Assembly (NCBI RefSeq): GCF_034111725.1
Contig: NZ_JAWUWR010000079.1
Span: 640 to 64,639 of the forward strand
Direction: 5' to 3'
DNA: 64,000 nt
Source of the DNA: Thalassolituus sp.
GTDB taxonomy: Bacteria; Pseudomonadota; Gammaproteobacteria; Pseudomonadales; Oceanobacteraceae
The notes beneath the pieces were generated by a model. The model was not told the origin of the DNA. It saw only the letters and a list, made by a program, of their open reading frames with translations, and ran no database searches. The position numbers and the translations under genes were made by a program. Shown piece by piece: positions 1-9,121 of the stretch. Numbering within the stretch: position 1 is the stretch's first letter; each line of letters begins with the position of its first letter.

Positions 1-2
1 TC

Positions 3-359
3 ATGGCGATTATGGATGCTCATATGGGTGAAGTTTTCTGGGGACATTTTCAGCGCGATGGAAAGTTAAGTCGTGCGCTTGCTGCGGAGCAAGTTGGAAG
101 TCCTGACGCTTGTATCAGTGAAACGACTAATTTTAACGGTATTCTTGCCGGAGATGGATTACAGCTTCCAGTATTCGCTGAGTTGGATGCCGAGTTAGCG
201 ATGTTACGTCCTGAAGCACGCATGATGGTGCCCTTGGCTATTGATGCTTGGGATAAAGGATTATTTACCGATGCAGAGAACCAACAGCCGGTTTATTTGC
301 GTAATTCTGTTGCTTGGAAAAAACTGGACGAACAGCCCAGTCTCCTTAAACGCATCTAA
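3..359 (+). CDS. tsaB: tRNA threonylcarbamoyladenosine biosynthesis protein TsaB (YeaZ), 3' part only; gene begins before the window
   Basis: DA(R/H)MGEVFW motif and C-terminal P-x-YLRN-x-VAWKK typical of TsaB; ORF runs to the window edge. Confidence 0.85.
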   Translation: MAIMDAHMGEVFWGHFQRDGKLSRALAAEQVGSPDACISETTNFNGILAGDGLQLPVFAELDAELAMLRPEARMMVPLAIDAWDKGLFTDAENQQPVYLRNSVAWKKLDEQPSLLKRI

Positions 360-384
360 CTTATTCTCTCTGTAAGGACTTTGT

Positions 385-1182
385 GTGGATACATTAGAAA
401 TTGTTGTATTAGCTATTCTGCAGGGCTTAACTGAATTTTTACCCATTTCTAGTTCGGCGCATCTGATTTTACCGTCGAGGGTATTTGGCTGGGATGACCA
501 AGGACTCGCTTTCGACGTTGCTGTCCACCTTGGTACGTTAGCAGCGGTTATTATTTATTTTCGTAAAGACATACAGCAACTCGTTACGCGTTGGTGTGTT
601 ACCGGCTGGACCCGCAATCCCGATACCGACGCGCGCTTAGCTTGGTATGTCATATTGGCAACTATTCCTGCAGGGCTGGCAGGCTTGTTGTTAGAGAGTT
701 GGATTGAAGAAAACTTGCGCTCTACGTTAGTTATTGCAATCACCACAATAGGTTTTGGTTTATTGCTGGGTTATTCGGATATTGTCCGTAAAGAACGTTT
801 AACCTTAGCTAATATGACCTTGATTATTGCGCTAGTCATTGGCTTGGCGCAAATGATTGCCTTAATTCCAGGTACTTCGCGTTCAGGGATTACGATGACA
901 GCTGCTTTATTGCTCGGATTACATCGTGTTGATGCTGCTCGTTTTTCATTTTTATTATCCATACCGTTAATTCTTGCCGCTGGCGGTCTTAAAACGCTGG
1001 AGCTGTTGCAGTCAGTTGCACCTGTCGATTGGCAAGCATTAGGCTTAGGTGTGCTAATTTCCGCGATCAGTGCTTGGGTATGTATTTACTACTTCCTCGC
1101 GTTTATTAGTCGCATTGGTATGTTGCCATTCGTTGTTTATCGCCTATTGCTGGGTGGTATCTTGCTTCTGTTTTTTGTTTAG
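385..1182 (+). CDS. uppP: undecaprenyl-diphosphate phosphatase (BacA)
   Basis: QGLTEFLPISSSAH and PGTSRSG motifs, multiple TM segments; GTG start after AAGGA. Confidence 0.95.
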   Translation: MDTLEIVVLAILQGLTEFLPISSSAHLILPSRVFGWDDQGLAFDVAVHLGTLAAVIIYFRKDIQQLVTRWCVTGWTRNPDTDARLAWYVILATIPAGLAGLLLESWIEENLRSTLVIAITTIGFGLLLGYSDIVRKERLTLANMTLIIALVIGLAQMIALIPGTSRSGITMTAALLLGLHRVDAARFSFLLSIPLILAAGGLKTLELLQSVAPVDWQALGLGVLISAISAWVCIYYFLAFISRIGMLPFVVYRLLLGGILLLFFV

Positions 1183-1188
1183 CGATTT

Positions 1189-1968
1189 ATGCCGAGTTTG
1201 ATTTGTCTTGTACCTGAGTTAGCGCAGCGAGCTCAGGTTATCGCTACTCGTTATGGATTAACGCTAGCAGAGCCTACCTTGTTGGAGTCACCAGGGTTTC
1301 ATTTGTGTCTTGATCAAACAGGCTTAAGTTTGCGTCAGGGTGAGCAAACCCGTACTGCGGTTCAGGTCGATTTTAGTGGTGGGGCAGCAGCACATCGCCG
1401 TCGGTTTGGCGGTGGTAAAGGACAAGATATCGCCAAGGCCATTGGTATTACCGGTGCGTATCAACCGACGGTTGTCGACGCCACAGCCGGTCTTGGGCGC
1501 GATAGTTTTGTGTTGGCTACCCTTGGGTGTCGAGTGCAAGCCTTTGAGCGTCAGCCCGTGGTAGCGGCCTTGCTGGAAGATGGTCTGCAGCGCGCCGGAC
1601 ATGATCCAGAAATTGCCGACATTATCGAACGGATAGCGCTCTCGTTTGGCAGTAGTCATCAATTGCTACAAGCACCAAGTGCAGGGTATTTAGCCGATGT
1701 TATTTATCTCGATCCGATGTTTGATCACGATCCCAAAGCGACTGCTCAAGTGAAAAAGGACATGCAGGCGTTTCGTGATGTTGTGGGGCAAGATATGGAT
1801 GCCGATGATTTACTTGAGCGTGCGCTGGTCTGTGCGCGTTGTCGCGTGGTGGTAAAGCGCGGACGTAAGGCAGCTCCTTTAGCTGGGCGTGCGCCAAGTT
1901 ATGCATTGACGGGGAAAGCCAACCGCTTTGATGTCTATGCTTTGGCTAAGGTGCTTCCACCGAGCTAA
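1189..1968 (+). CDS. rsmJ: 16S rRNA m2G1516 methyltransferase (YhiQ)
   Basis: HRRRFGGG, DATAGLGRD, YLDPMF and RVVVKR motifs. Confidence 0.9.
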   Translation: MPSLICLVPELAQRAQVIATRYGLTLAEPTLLESPGFHLCLDQTGLSLRQGEQTRTAVQVDFSGGAAAHRRRFGGGKGQDIAKAIGITGAYQPTVVDATAGLGRDSFVLATLGCRVQAFERQPVVAALLEDGLQRAGHDPEIADIIERIALSFGSSHQLLQAPSAGYLADVIYLDPMFDHDPKATAQVKKDMQAFRDVVGQDMDADDLLERALVCARCRVVVKRGRKAAPLAGRAPSYALTGKANRFDVYALAKVLPPS

Positions 1969-1998
1969 ATGTCAGGCGATCTGGGTAAATGAAAATTG

Positions 1999-2037
1999 AA
2001 AAAAGGCGCAGCTCTAATCAAGAGCTGCGCCTTTTTT
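1999..2037. terminator. bidirectional intrinsic terminator between convergent rsmJ and plsB
   Basis: AAAAAAGGCGCAGCTCT-aatca-AGAGCTGCGCCTTTTTT. Confidence 0.9.
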
Positions 2038-2051
2038 GTAGGCTACGCTTT

Positions 2052-4505
2052 TTATAGGCTGCGTAAGATGCTTTGACGCAGCGCGCCATCAAGTACCTGT
2101 TCTAATGCCTCGGATAGCACGTTAATAGCAGGCTCGACAATTAAGGTTCCATCTTCATGGCGGCGGAGCATGCCATTGCTAATCAGCTCTTGAATCAATG
2201 TGCGGAATAACGCTTTATCGAAAAACTCCGGTGCATTAATTCCATAGAGCATGCTGATACGCTGTGCTACTTGGGTACACTGATCTTCTAACTCGGCTGC
2301 GGTTAAGGCGTTTGAGCCTTTGTTTATTAAGCGCGATAGCGTTAAAAAATAGCGCTCCAATGTTTGCATTACGTGTGCAGCTAAACCTTCCAACAGTGCA
2401 AATTTATCGCTGCTTGATGGTGTCGCATGGAAGCCTTGTTCATGTTCGATTAAATAACCGGATTCAGTAAGAATGCTCAACCAGCGATGAATATCACTCT
2501 CTAAATCTTCAGCTTTCCACTGTAAAAATAGCTCCGCTTGTAAGTACGGGTAGAGGCAGCGAATCGTGCTAAGGACTTCTTCAGAGGTGTAACGACGGTT
2601 ATTCACGAACAAACAAGCGATTAAAGATGGTAGCGCTAAAACGTGTAATACGTTGTTGCGGTAGTAGGTGAGAGTTACCGCTTGGCGATCGTTAGTTTGG
2701 ATTAGATCGCCCATAGGGTGAGGAGAGCGCGAAACAATATCCAACTTCTCGTTGTAGCTTAACCACTCAGCGCCAGTGCCTTCCGGTAATACCGTGAGGT
2801 GGCTATATGGTGCTTGCTTGAGTAGGTCGCGATACGCTTCCATCTGAATAACCAGTTGCTGTTCGTCCATTGCTTGGCGCGGAGCCGACAATATACTCAA
2901 GGCCATTAGGTTAACTGGGTTAACCGATGTCGCGCGGTTAATTTCAGTCGCTACTTGTAAGGCTAAATCATCCACCATTTTCGGTGCCCACTCTGGGCGA
3001 TAATTACACTCTGTGTAATCTTCTTCACGCCATTGAGGGCGACGTTCATTTAAAAATTCTGTGAAGTAAATTGGATCACCAAAGGTTACGTTTACTTTGC
3101 CGAATGAGTTTTTGAAAGAGCGTAAAGTGCCGAGCACACCCAGTAAGCTCTCTTTTTTCTTTTTCTGGCCACGTAACTCGCCTAGATAACTGTTGGCTTC
3201 AAATACTTTTTCGTAGCCAGTATAAATCGGCATGAAAATAATAGGCTTACGCGAATCGCGTAAATAGCTGCGCAGCGTCATGGCTAGCATGCCTGCTTTG
3301 GGTGTCAGGGTGCGACCGGTGCGACTGCGCCCACCTTCAACAAAATATTCTGCAGAATAGCCGTGGGTGAAAATTGAGTGCAGGTATTCATCAAATACTG
3401 CTGCGTACAATTTATTGTCACGGAAGGTACGACGCATGAAGAATGCGCCGCCGCGTCTTAAAATGGAACCGACAACTGGCATGTTTAAATTGATGCCAGC
3501 AGCAATCTGCGGCATTTGTAAGCCTTTGTGGTAAAGCACATAGGAAAGTAGTAAGTAATCTATGTGGCTACGGTGGCAAGGAACATAAATGATGCTGTTG
3601 TCTTTGCTGATATCGCGCAGATGACCAATATTATGCAGTTCTATACCGTTATATATTTTGTTCCATACCCAAGTCAGCATGACATCTAGGAAGCGAATAT
3701 TGGTATAGGAAATATTGGAAGCAATTTCGTCAGCATACTTGAGTGCTTGTGCCTGAAGCTTTGCTCTGGATTTTCCTTGTTTTTCTATTTCATCTTCGAT
3801 GGCTTTGCGCACCATAGGACGATTAGGTAGTTGATGTACTAGGGTGCGACGGTGTGACAAGTCTGGCCCTAAAACCGACGCAGATACTTGGCGGTTGTGC
3901 ACACGTAGGACACGGGCGACCTTACGCGCCAATAATTCCGGTGACTTTTCACTGTCGTACAGGTCGCGTAAAGAGATAGGGCGACTAAAATGAACAAAGG
4001 TATTACGACCATTGAGCAAAATAGCCATTAGCGTTAAAACTCGGCCACCCAGCGCTCCACTACTTTGCAACCAAATACGCAAAAATGAGCGCTCTTTTTC
4101 TGGTGCACGGCCCCAGAACACCCGAACCGGAACAATTTGAATTTCGCGTTGCTCGTCTTCTGATAACCATTCGGCATGCTTAATTAATTGGCGTGCGACA
4201 ATCGGCACCCCTTGTTTACGGAATGGAACCGACGAGCGACGGTAAATGCTGAAATAGGGTTTAGCAGATAAATCGGCACTTTGTGCCTGACGGCGAGGAC
4301 TAGGCCAGCTGAACTCATTTACTTCGCGATCAATAACGAGTTGCTCACCGTAAGACGGGTAGAGCGTCGCGTAGATAATCGGCTTATTGGGATCAATGTC
4401 GAATTCACTGACATCTGGCCCAATGATTTTGGTTTTGATAATGCTGTAGAGCAATTTTTGCTGCCAGCGAAATATGCTTGAACGGATACTTTTAAACAAA
4501 CTCAT
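2052..4505 (-). CDS. plsB: glycerol-3-phosphate 1-O-acyltransferase
   Basis: HRSHIDY (HX4D), GAFFMRR and FVEGGRSRTG acyltransferase blocks; ATG at 4505 preferred, GTG at 4523 possible. Confidence 0.93.
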   Translation of the reverse strand: MSLFKSIRSSIFRWQQKLLYSIIKTKIIGPDVSEFDIDPNKPIIYATLYPSYGEQLVIDREVNEFSWPSPRRQAQSADLSAKPYFSIYRRSSVPFRKQGVPIVARQLIKHAEWLSEDEQREIQIVPVRVFWGRAPEKERSFLRIWLQSSGALGGRVLTLMAILLNGRNTFVHFSRPISLRDLYDSEKSPELLARKVARVLRVHNRQVSASVLGPDLSHRRTLVHQLPNRPMVRKAIEDEIEKQGKSRAKLQAQALKYADEIASNISYTNIRFLDVMLTWVWNKIYNGIELHNIGHLRDISKDNSIIYVPCHRSHIDYLLLSYVLYHKGLQMPQIAAGINLNMPVVGSILRRGGAFFMRRTFRDNKLYAAVFDEYLHSIFTHGYSAEYFVEGGRSRTGRTLTPKAGMLAMTLRSYLRDSRKPIIFMPIYTGYEKVFEANSYLGELRGQKKKKESLLGVLGTLRSFKNSFGKVNVTFGDPIYFTEFLNERRPQWREEDYTECNYRPEWAPKMVDDLALQVATEINRATSVNPVNLMALSILSAPRQAMDEQQLVIQMEAYRDLLKQAPYSHLTVLPEGTGAEWLSYNEKLDIVSRSPHPMGDLIQTNDRQAVTLTYYRNNVLHVLALPSLIACLFVNNRRYTSEEVLSTIRCLYPYLQAELFLQWKAEDLESDIHRWLSILTESGYLIEHEQGFHATPSSSDKFALLEGLAAHVMQTLERYFLTLSRLINKGSNALTAAELEDQCTQVAQRISMLYGINAPEFFDKALFRTLIQELISNGMLRRHEDGTLIVEPAINVLSEALEQVLDGALRQSILRSL

Positions 4506-4687
4506 AAAATTCTCTGGTGTCACTAATTCGCGGCGCTAGTGTACCCCTTGGCAGTTGCAGTTGAAATGTCGGTATGAGGCATTCAGCAGTGAAATTAGGC
4601 CGATATTTACCTTATGTACCGATTATCTTCTTATATAGGGGGAAGCGAGAGAAGAGGGCGCAGGTGTTATATCCCGCGCCAAGACGA

Positions 4688-4933
4688 TCAATAATGTGGT
4701 GGAGGCGGTTCATCAGCAAAATCTCGCAGACCAGAATCTTGATTCTGCATCTGTTCTAGGCGTTGGTTCATCATCTGCATTGCTTGGCGCGCCATAAGAA
4801 AATCTTGGGTGACGGTCGATAGTTGATTGTTGAGGGTATCGACGATTTCTTCTAAAAACGCCATGCGCGTTTCAAGCTCTTCGATGCGTAATTGCTGCTT
4901 TTCTGCACTTATTTGTGCGTTATCACTGCTCAT
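4688..4933 (-). CDS. slyX: SlyX family protein
   Basis: RIEELETRMAF coiled coil and C-terminal EPPPPHY signature. Confidence 0.9.
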   Translation of the reverse strand: MSSDNAQISAEKQQLRIEELETRMAFLEEIVDTLNNQLSTVTQDFLMARQAMQMMNQRLEQMQNQDSGLRDFADEPPPPHY

Positions 4934-5061
4934 GGTTCAGACACTCTAGCTATCGTGTTGATTTTTTTAATGAATTGGGCTTTCATAGCCCACTTGGCAA
5001 TGGCTTTGTTGCCGACATATTTGTGACATCTGTGATAATAACGAGTGATACGAGATAACGC

Positions 5062-5553
5062 ATGGGTAAATTGCTAGTACGTAAAATAATTGTGGCATTG
5101 GTGTTCGCCATTGTTTCTCCGTTTGTAGTCGCCGCATTGTTAAGTGGCATGACGGAGGGGCTCACCTTGGCGAATGGTGAACTTCTTAACTCAGACAACC
5201 TGGCAACGGTTGTTGGTATGACTGATCTTTTGATTGTGATCGGTGTTCTTACGTTTCTAATTAGCTTGGGCTCAGCCTTTTTAGTGCCTTCGCGTCGTCG
5301 TCGCCAGCGCAGTAGTGGCACGATTGTAGAAAGCGATGTTGAAGATGGTCGTGAGCGCGGTGTTGTTAAATGGTTCAACGTGAAAAAAGGCTTCGGTTTT
5401 ATTACTTGGGACGAAGGTGAAGATGTATTTGTTCACTTCCGCTCAATCCGTGGTCAAGGTCATCGTTCTTTGACCGAAGGTCAGCGCGTTAAGTTTAGCG
5501 TTGTGCGTGGCCAAAAAGGTCCGCAAGCAGAAGATGTTTCTGCTGTTCGTTAA
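5062..5553 (+). CDS. cold-shock (CSD) domain protein with two N-terminal transmembrane helices
   Basis: C-terminal VKWFN-KGFGFI-VFVHF-KGPQA CSD; two hydrophobic stretches followed by SRRRRQR. Confidence 0.85.
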   Translation: MGKLLVRKIIVALVFAIVSPFVVAALLSGMTEGLTLANGELLNSDNLATVVGMTDLLIVIGVLTFLISLGSAFLVPSRRRRQRSSGTIVESDVEDGRERGVVKWFNVKKGFGFITWDEGEDVFVHFRSIRGQGHRSLTEGQRVKFSVVRGQKGPQAEDVSAVR

Positions 5554-5569
5554 GCGCTAAAGCGTAAGT

Positions 5570-5600
5570 AAAAAAAGCGACTCATAGAGTCGCTTTTTTT
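5570..5600. terminator. bidirectional intrinsic terminator
   Basis: AAAAAAAGCGACTC-ata-GAGTCGCTTTTTTT. Confidence 0.9.
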
Positions 5601-5608
5601 ATGCCTGG

Positions 5609-5704
5609 TTACTCGTGATGCTCGATGGTGTGTAGCTCAAGTTCGTCGCAGCACTGGGGTTCAGCAAGCCAGCCTAGTAATAGGGTAATTTGATGCCAGA
5701 TCAT
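5609..5704 (-). CDS. unannotated 31-aa small protein MIWHQITLLLGWLAEPQCCDELELHTIEHHE
   Basis: GGAGGAG RBS just upstream of ATG, CTATACT -10-like box upstream, stop codon directly before the terminator at 5570-5600. Confidence 0.55.
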   Translation of the reverse strand: MIWHQITLLLGWLAEPQCCDELELHTIEHHE

Positions 5705-5823
5705 GAAGGACTCCTCCAAAGGTGTCTTTCGTCAGTATAGGTAGGCATCGGAGTTCAGCCAGTATCCGGTAATCATTAGGCATGATTGTCCGGTACTGGC
5801 TAATAGACAAGTAACGCGTCGAA

Positions 5824-6597
5824 TTAGTCGAGGGTTAGTAATGTCTTTAATAGGCGAGGGTTGGTGATCACGATGTTTGCCGGAGCAACGATACGTGGTT
5901 GGCCTGTTACATCGGCCAACAAACAACCGGCTTCAGAAGCTAATAAGCTGCCTGCTGTTAATGAGAAGGCATCAACATCTGACAATAAAGCGGCTTGGAA
6001 GCGATCAGCAGCAACATATGCCATTGATAACGCGTTGGAGCCAATGCTGCGTAAATCGTAGTTCTTCATTAGAAGCTGCTGGATTTTCGCGCGTTGCTCA
6101 TAGCCCGACTCGCTCAAACCTAGTGGCTGAGTGAAGCCAATCATGGCGTCGGTCAATGTGTTGAGGCCACCGCAGCGGATGCGGCGATTGTTTAGCTGTG
6201 CACCGCGTCCACGGGAGGCTGTGAATTCGTCACCGTTCATAGGGTTCAGAATAACAGCGTGATCCGTTTTACCGTTATTCACACAAGCTATGATGATAGC
6301 AAATGCAGGAATCCCTACGCGGAAGTTGGCAACGTCGTCGATGACGCATACCTGCCACGTTGGTTGCTTAGTGTCGCCAGCATTGAGGCCGGTTTCGCGA
6401 CCTTCAAAGTTGTTGTCTGGTAGCGCCTTCTTCAATTCGAAGATGATGCCTTTTTCCAAACCGATGGTGCAATCGGCGACAAATTTTGCTTTTTCTTGAT
6501 CCGTACTTTGGGACGAATCGAAGCGGTCAAGACGGCGGACAAGGTCCAGACCTGCGTTGCGCGCAGCGCGCAACGCCAAGTTAACCATGGGCTGCAT
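5824..6597 (-). CDS. suhB: SuhB / inositol monophosphatase family protein with degenerate catalytic motifs
   Basis: N-terminus MQPMVNLALRAAR, FTASRGRGAQLN, GSNALSMAYVA; divergent from trmJ as in the conserved suhB-trmJ locus. Confidence 0.8.
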   Translation of the reverse strand: MQPMVNLALRAARNAGLDLVRRLDRFDSSQSTDQEKAKFVADCTIGLEKGIIFELKKALPDNNFEGRETGLNAGDTKQPTWQVCVIDDVANFRVGIPAFAIIIACVNNGKTDHAVILNPMNGDEFTASRGRGAQLNNRRIRCGGLNTLTDAMIGFTQPLGLSESGYEQRAKIQQLLMKNYDLRSIGSNALSMAYVAADRFQAALLSDVDAFSLTAGSLLASEAGCLLADVTGQPRIVAPANIVITNPRLLKTLLTLD

Positions 6598-6776
6598 AGG
6601 GGTTGCTATCTCTTAAAGAACAGTTGAAACAAATTCGGCCGCGGATTATAGCAGCCTGTGAGTGGTTGGCGAAGCCAATTTTGCGTTACACTTGCCGACC
6701 CTCGATTAGCAAGCACTTGCTTGTCGTCTTTGAATCTCGAAAAGGTCCGCTGAAGGTCCGCAAAAGGCAGGTTTAG

Positions 6777-7574
6777 ATGCTCGACCAAATTCGCATAGTG
6801 ATGGTAAACACAACGCACTCTGGCAACATAGGCGCGGCAGCACGAGCCATGAAGAACATGGGGCTGAGCCGTTTATACTTAGTTGATCCTATTGCCAGCA
6901 TAGATGAAGACGCAATCCAGCGTTCATCTCGTGCCGACGACATCCTGCGCAACGCTGTTATTTGCCCAACCTTAGACGATGCCATCGCTGATTGCGGCTT
7001 GGTGGTAGGCACGAGCGCTCGTAGCCGTCATATTCCCTGGCCGCTAATGAATCCTCGTCAATGTGCAGCGAAGGCGGCAGAAGTAGCCGTAAATAATCAG
7101 GTGGCCTTGGTCTTTGGTCGAGAATCGCGTGGGTTAACGAATGAAGAACTGCATAAGTGCAACGCACATGTACACATTCCAACCGACGAGGAATTCTCGT
7201 CGCTGAATGTTGCCCAAGCCATTCAGGTGATGGCCTATGAGCTGCGGCTGGCGGCCATTGGCGACGTACACGAGGATGCGCAGTGGGGTGTTAGTTGGGA
7301 TTATCCTTTGGCGACCCACGGGGAGTTGAACGGTATGTTGCAGCATATGGAGAAAACTCTCATTGAGATTGGCTTCCTCGACCCCAATACTCCTAAGCAG
7401 CTGATGCCTCGTATTCAGCGATTGTTCCAGCGTGCTGCGCCGGACAAATTAGAAATTAATATATTGCGCGGCATGTTAGCGGCCGTTAGTAAACAAACTG
7501 CGCTAGTACCCGTTCAAGATACCTCGGCTGCGGATAAGCCGGAGGCTCAGGATCAACAAGAGGATTCGTTGTGA
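6777..7574 (+). CDS. trmJ: tRNA (cytidine/uridine-2'-O)-methyltransferase TrmJ
   Basis: [41 protein letters not shown] motifs. Confidence 0.93.
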   Translation: MLDQIRIVMVNTTHSGNIGAAARAMKNMGLSRLYLVDPIASIDEDAIQRSSRADDILRNAVICPTLDDAIADCGLVVGTSARSRHIPWPLMNPRQCAAKAAEVAVNNQVALVFGRESRGLTNEELHKCNAHVHIPTDEEFSSLNVAQAIQVMAYELRLAAIGDVHEDAQWGVSWDYPLATHGELNGMLQHMEKTLIEIGFLDPNTPKQLMPRIQRLFQRAAPDKLEINILRGMLAAVSKQTALVPVQDTSAADKPEAQDQQEDSL

Positions 7575-8410
7575 GTTTTAAACAATTTCGTGAAGACATT
7601 GCCTGCGTTTTTGAACGTGATCCTGCGGCAAGAAATACGTTTGAGGTGCTGACAACCTACCCGGGTGTTCACGCTATTTTACATCATCGAATTGCTAACT
7701 GGTTATGGCATAAAGGCCTTAAGTGGTTGGCGCGTATGCTGTCGACGTTTAGCCGTTGGATGACCGGCATCGAGATTCATCCCGGAGCCACCATTGGTCG
7801 TCGCTTTTTCATTGATCACGGCATGGGCGTAGTCATCGGTGAGACGGCAGAAATTGGCGATGACTGCACGCTCTATCACGGAGTAACACTGGGCGGTACC
7901 AGTTGGAAGAAAGGCAAGCGTCATCCCACTTTGCTAGATGGTGTGGTTGTTGGTGCGGGTGCCAAAGTTCTTGGGCCGATTACCGTGGGCAAAGATGCTC
8001 GCATCGGCTCTAATGCTGTGGTCACTAAAGATGTACCGGAAGGCGTCACTGTGGTGGGTATTCCTGGTCGTATCGTACGTAAGGCTGCGGCAAAAGCATC
8101 GTCTGAAGTGGAAGATCGTCGTCGCGCGATTGCTGCGAAAATTGGCTTTGATGCCTACGGTATGGCCGACGAAATGCCTGATCCGATTGCTCGTTCGATT
8201 CATAATCTTATGGACCACATGCACGCTGTTGATGGCAAGATCGACAGTATGTGCCGAGCGTTGAATCGCCTCGGTGACCATACTTGTGATGAAGCGCTGC
8301 CTGAGCTTGAGAAGGAGACTTTCGTTTGCCTGCACGAGCGCCTAAAGCGTGATGAGGATCCGGTATTGCCTGATAGGGCGGACGTTGGGGATGAAAAGCC
8401 AAGCGTTTAG
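7571..8410 (+). CDS. cysE: serine O-acetyltransferase
   Basis: [29 protein letters not shown] hexapeptide repeats. Confidence 0.95.
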   Translation: MSFKQFREDIACVFERDPAARNTFEVLTTYPGVHAILHHRIANWLWHKGLKWLARMLSTFSRWMTGIEIHPGATIGRRFFIDHGMGVVIGETAEIGDDCTLYHGVTLGGTSWKKGKRHPTLLDGVVVGAGAKVLGPITVGKDARIGSNAVVTKDVPEGVTVVGIPGRIVRKAAAKASSEVEDRRRAIAAKIGFDAYGMADEMPDPIARSIHNLMDHMHAVDGKIDSMCRALNRLGDHTCDEALPELEKETFVCLHERLKRDEDPVLPDRADVGDEKPSV

Positions 8411-8455
8411 GTTGTCGGTAATCTCCAAGTAAGCAAGATGCATTTCAGGTCGGTT

Positions 8456-8489
8456 ATAGTTGACTGAAATAGTAGGGCATCCGCATAAT
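8456..8489 (+). promoter_or_regulatory. iscR promoter with overlapping type-1 IscR operator
   Basis: ATAGTTGACTGAAATAGTAGGGCAT resembles the IscR type-1 site and contains TTGACT (-35); CATAAT (-10) at 8484-8489. Confidence 0.7.
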
Positions 8490-8520
8490 GCTTCTCAATT
8501 ACTGTTTTTAGGAGTCCCTT

Positions 8521-9003
8521 ATGCGTTTGACGACCAAAGGCCGTTATGCGGTCACCGCGATGTTAGACTTGGCGTTGCATGCCAGTCGCGGCCCGGTAAG
8601 CCTGAATGATATTTCTGGTCGTCAGGGTATTTCGCTGTCTTATCTAGAGCAGTTGTTCGCTAAATTACGCCGCAGTGGTTTAGTTGCTAGCGTGCGTGGT
8701 CCGGGCGGTGGTTATCGTTTAAGTCGCGAAGACACAAGCATCAACGTTGCTGAAATTGTTGATGCCGTTAATGAATCAATGGATGCCACCCGTTGTAATC
8801 GCAAGGGTGATTGCCAAGAAGGCCTAGAGTGCTTAACGCATCATCTTTGGTTGGACCTGAGCGATCAGATCCACAATTTTTTAAGTGATATCACTCTAAA
8901 TGATTTGATAGAGCGTCGTGAAATCCAAGCCACCGCAGCCCGTCAAGACGAGCGCGCCAACAGCCGCATTGATCTATTGCTGAGCTCCGAAGGTTCTAAC
9001 TAA
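8521..9003 (+). CDS. iscR: Fe-S cluster assembly transcription regulator IscR
   Basis: [25 protein letters not shown]; three Cys plus His cluster ligands (C-5x-C-5x-CLTH) intact. Confidence 0.95.
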   Translation: MRLTTKGRYAVTAMLDLALHASRGPVSLNDISGRQGISLSYLEQLFAKLRRSGLVASVRGPGGGYRLSREDTSINVAEIVDAVNESMDATRCNRKGDCQEGLECLTHHLWLDLSDQIHNFLSDITLNDLIERREIQATAARQDERANSRIDLLLSSEGSN

Positions 9004-9121
9004 GTTTTGTTCAAGCGGTTAGCTTAGTGATGGCGCAGTTCGAATCAGCACTTGACCTTACAGGCGTCATAAGCAAAATGGCGCCCTAAACCACGCAATT
9101 GCCTTGCCGAACAGGTCGACC

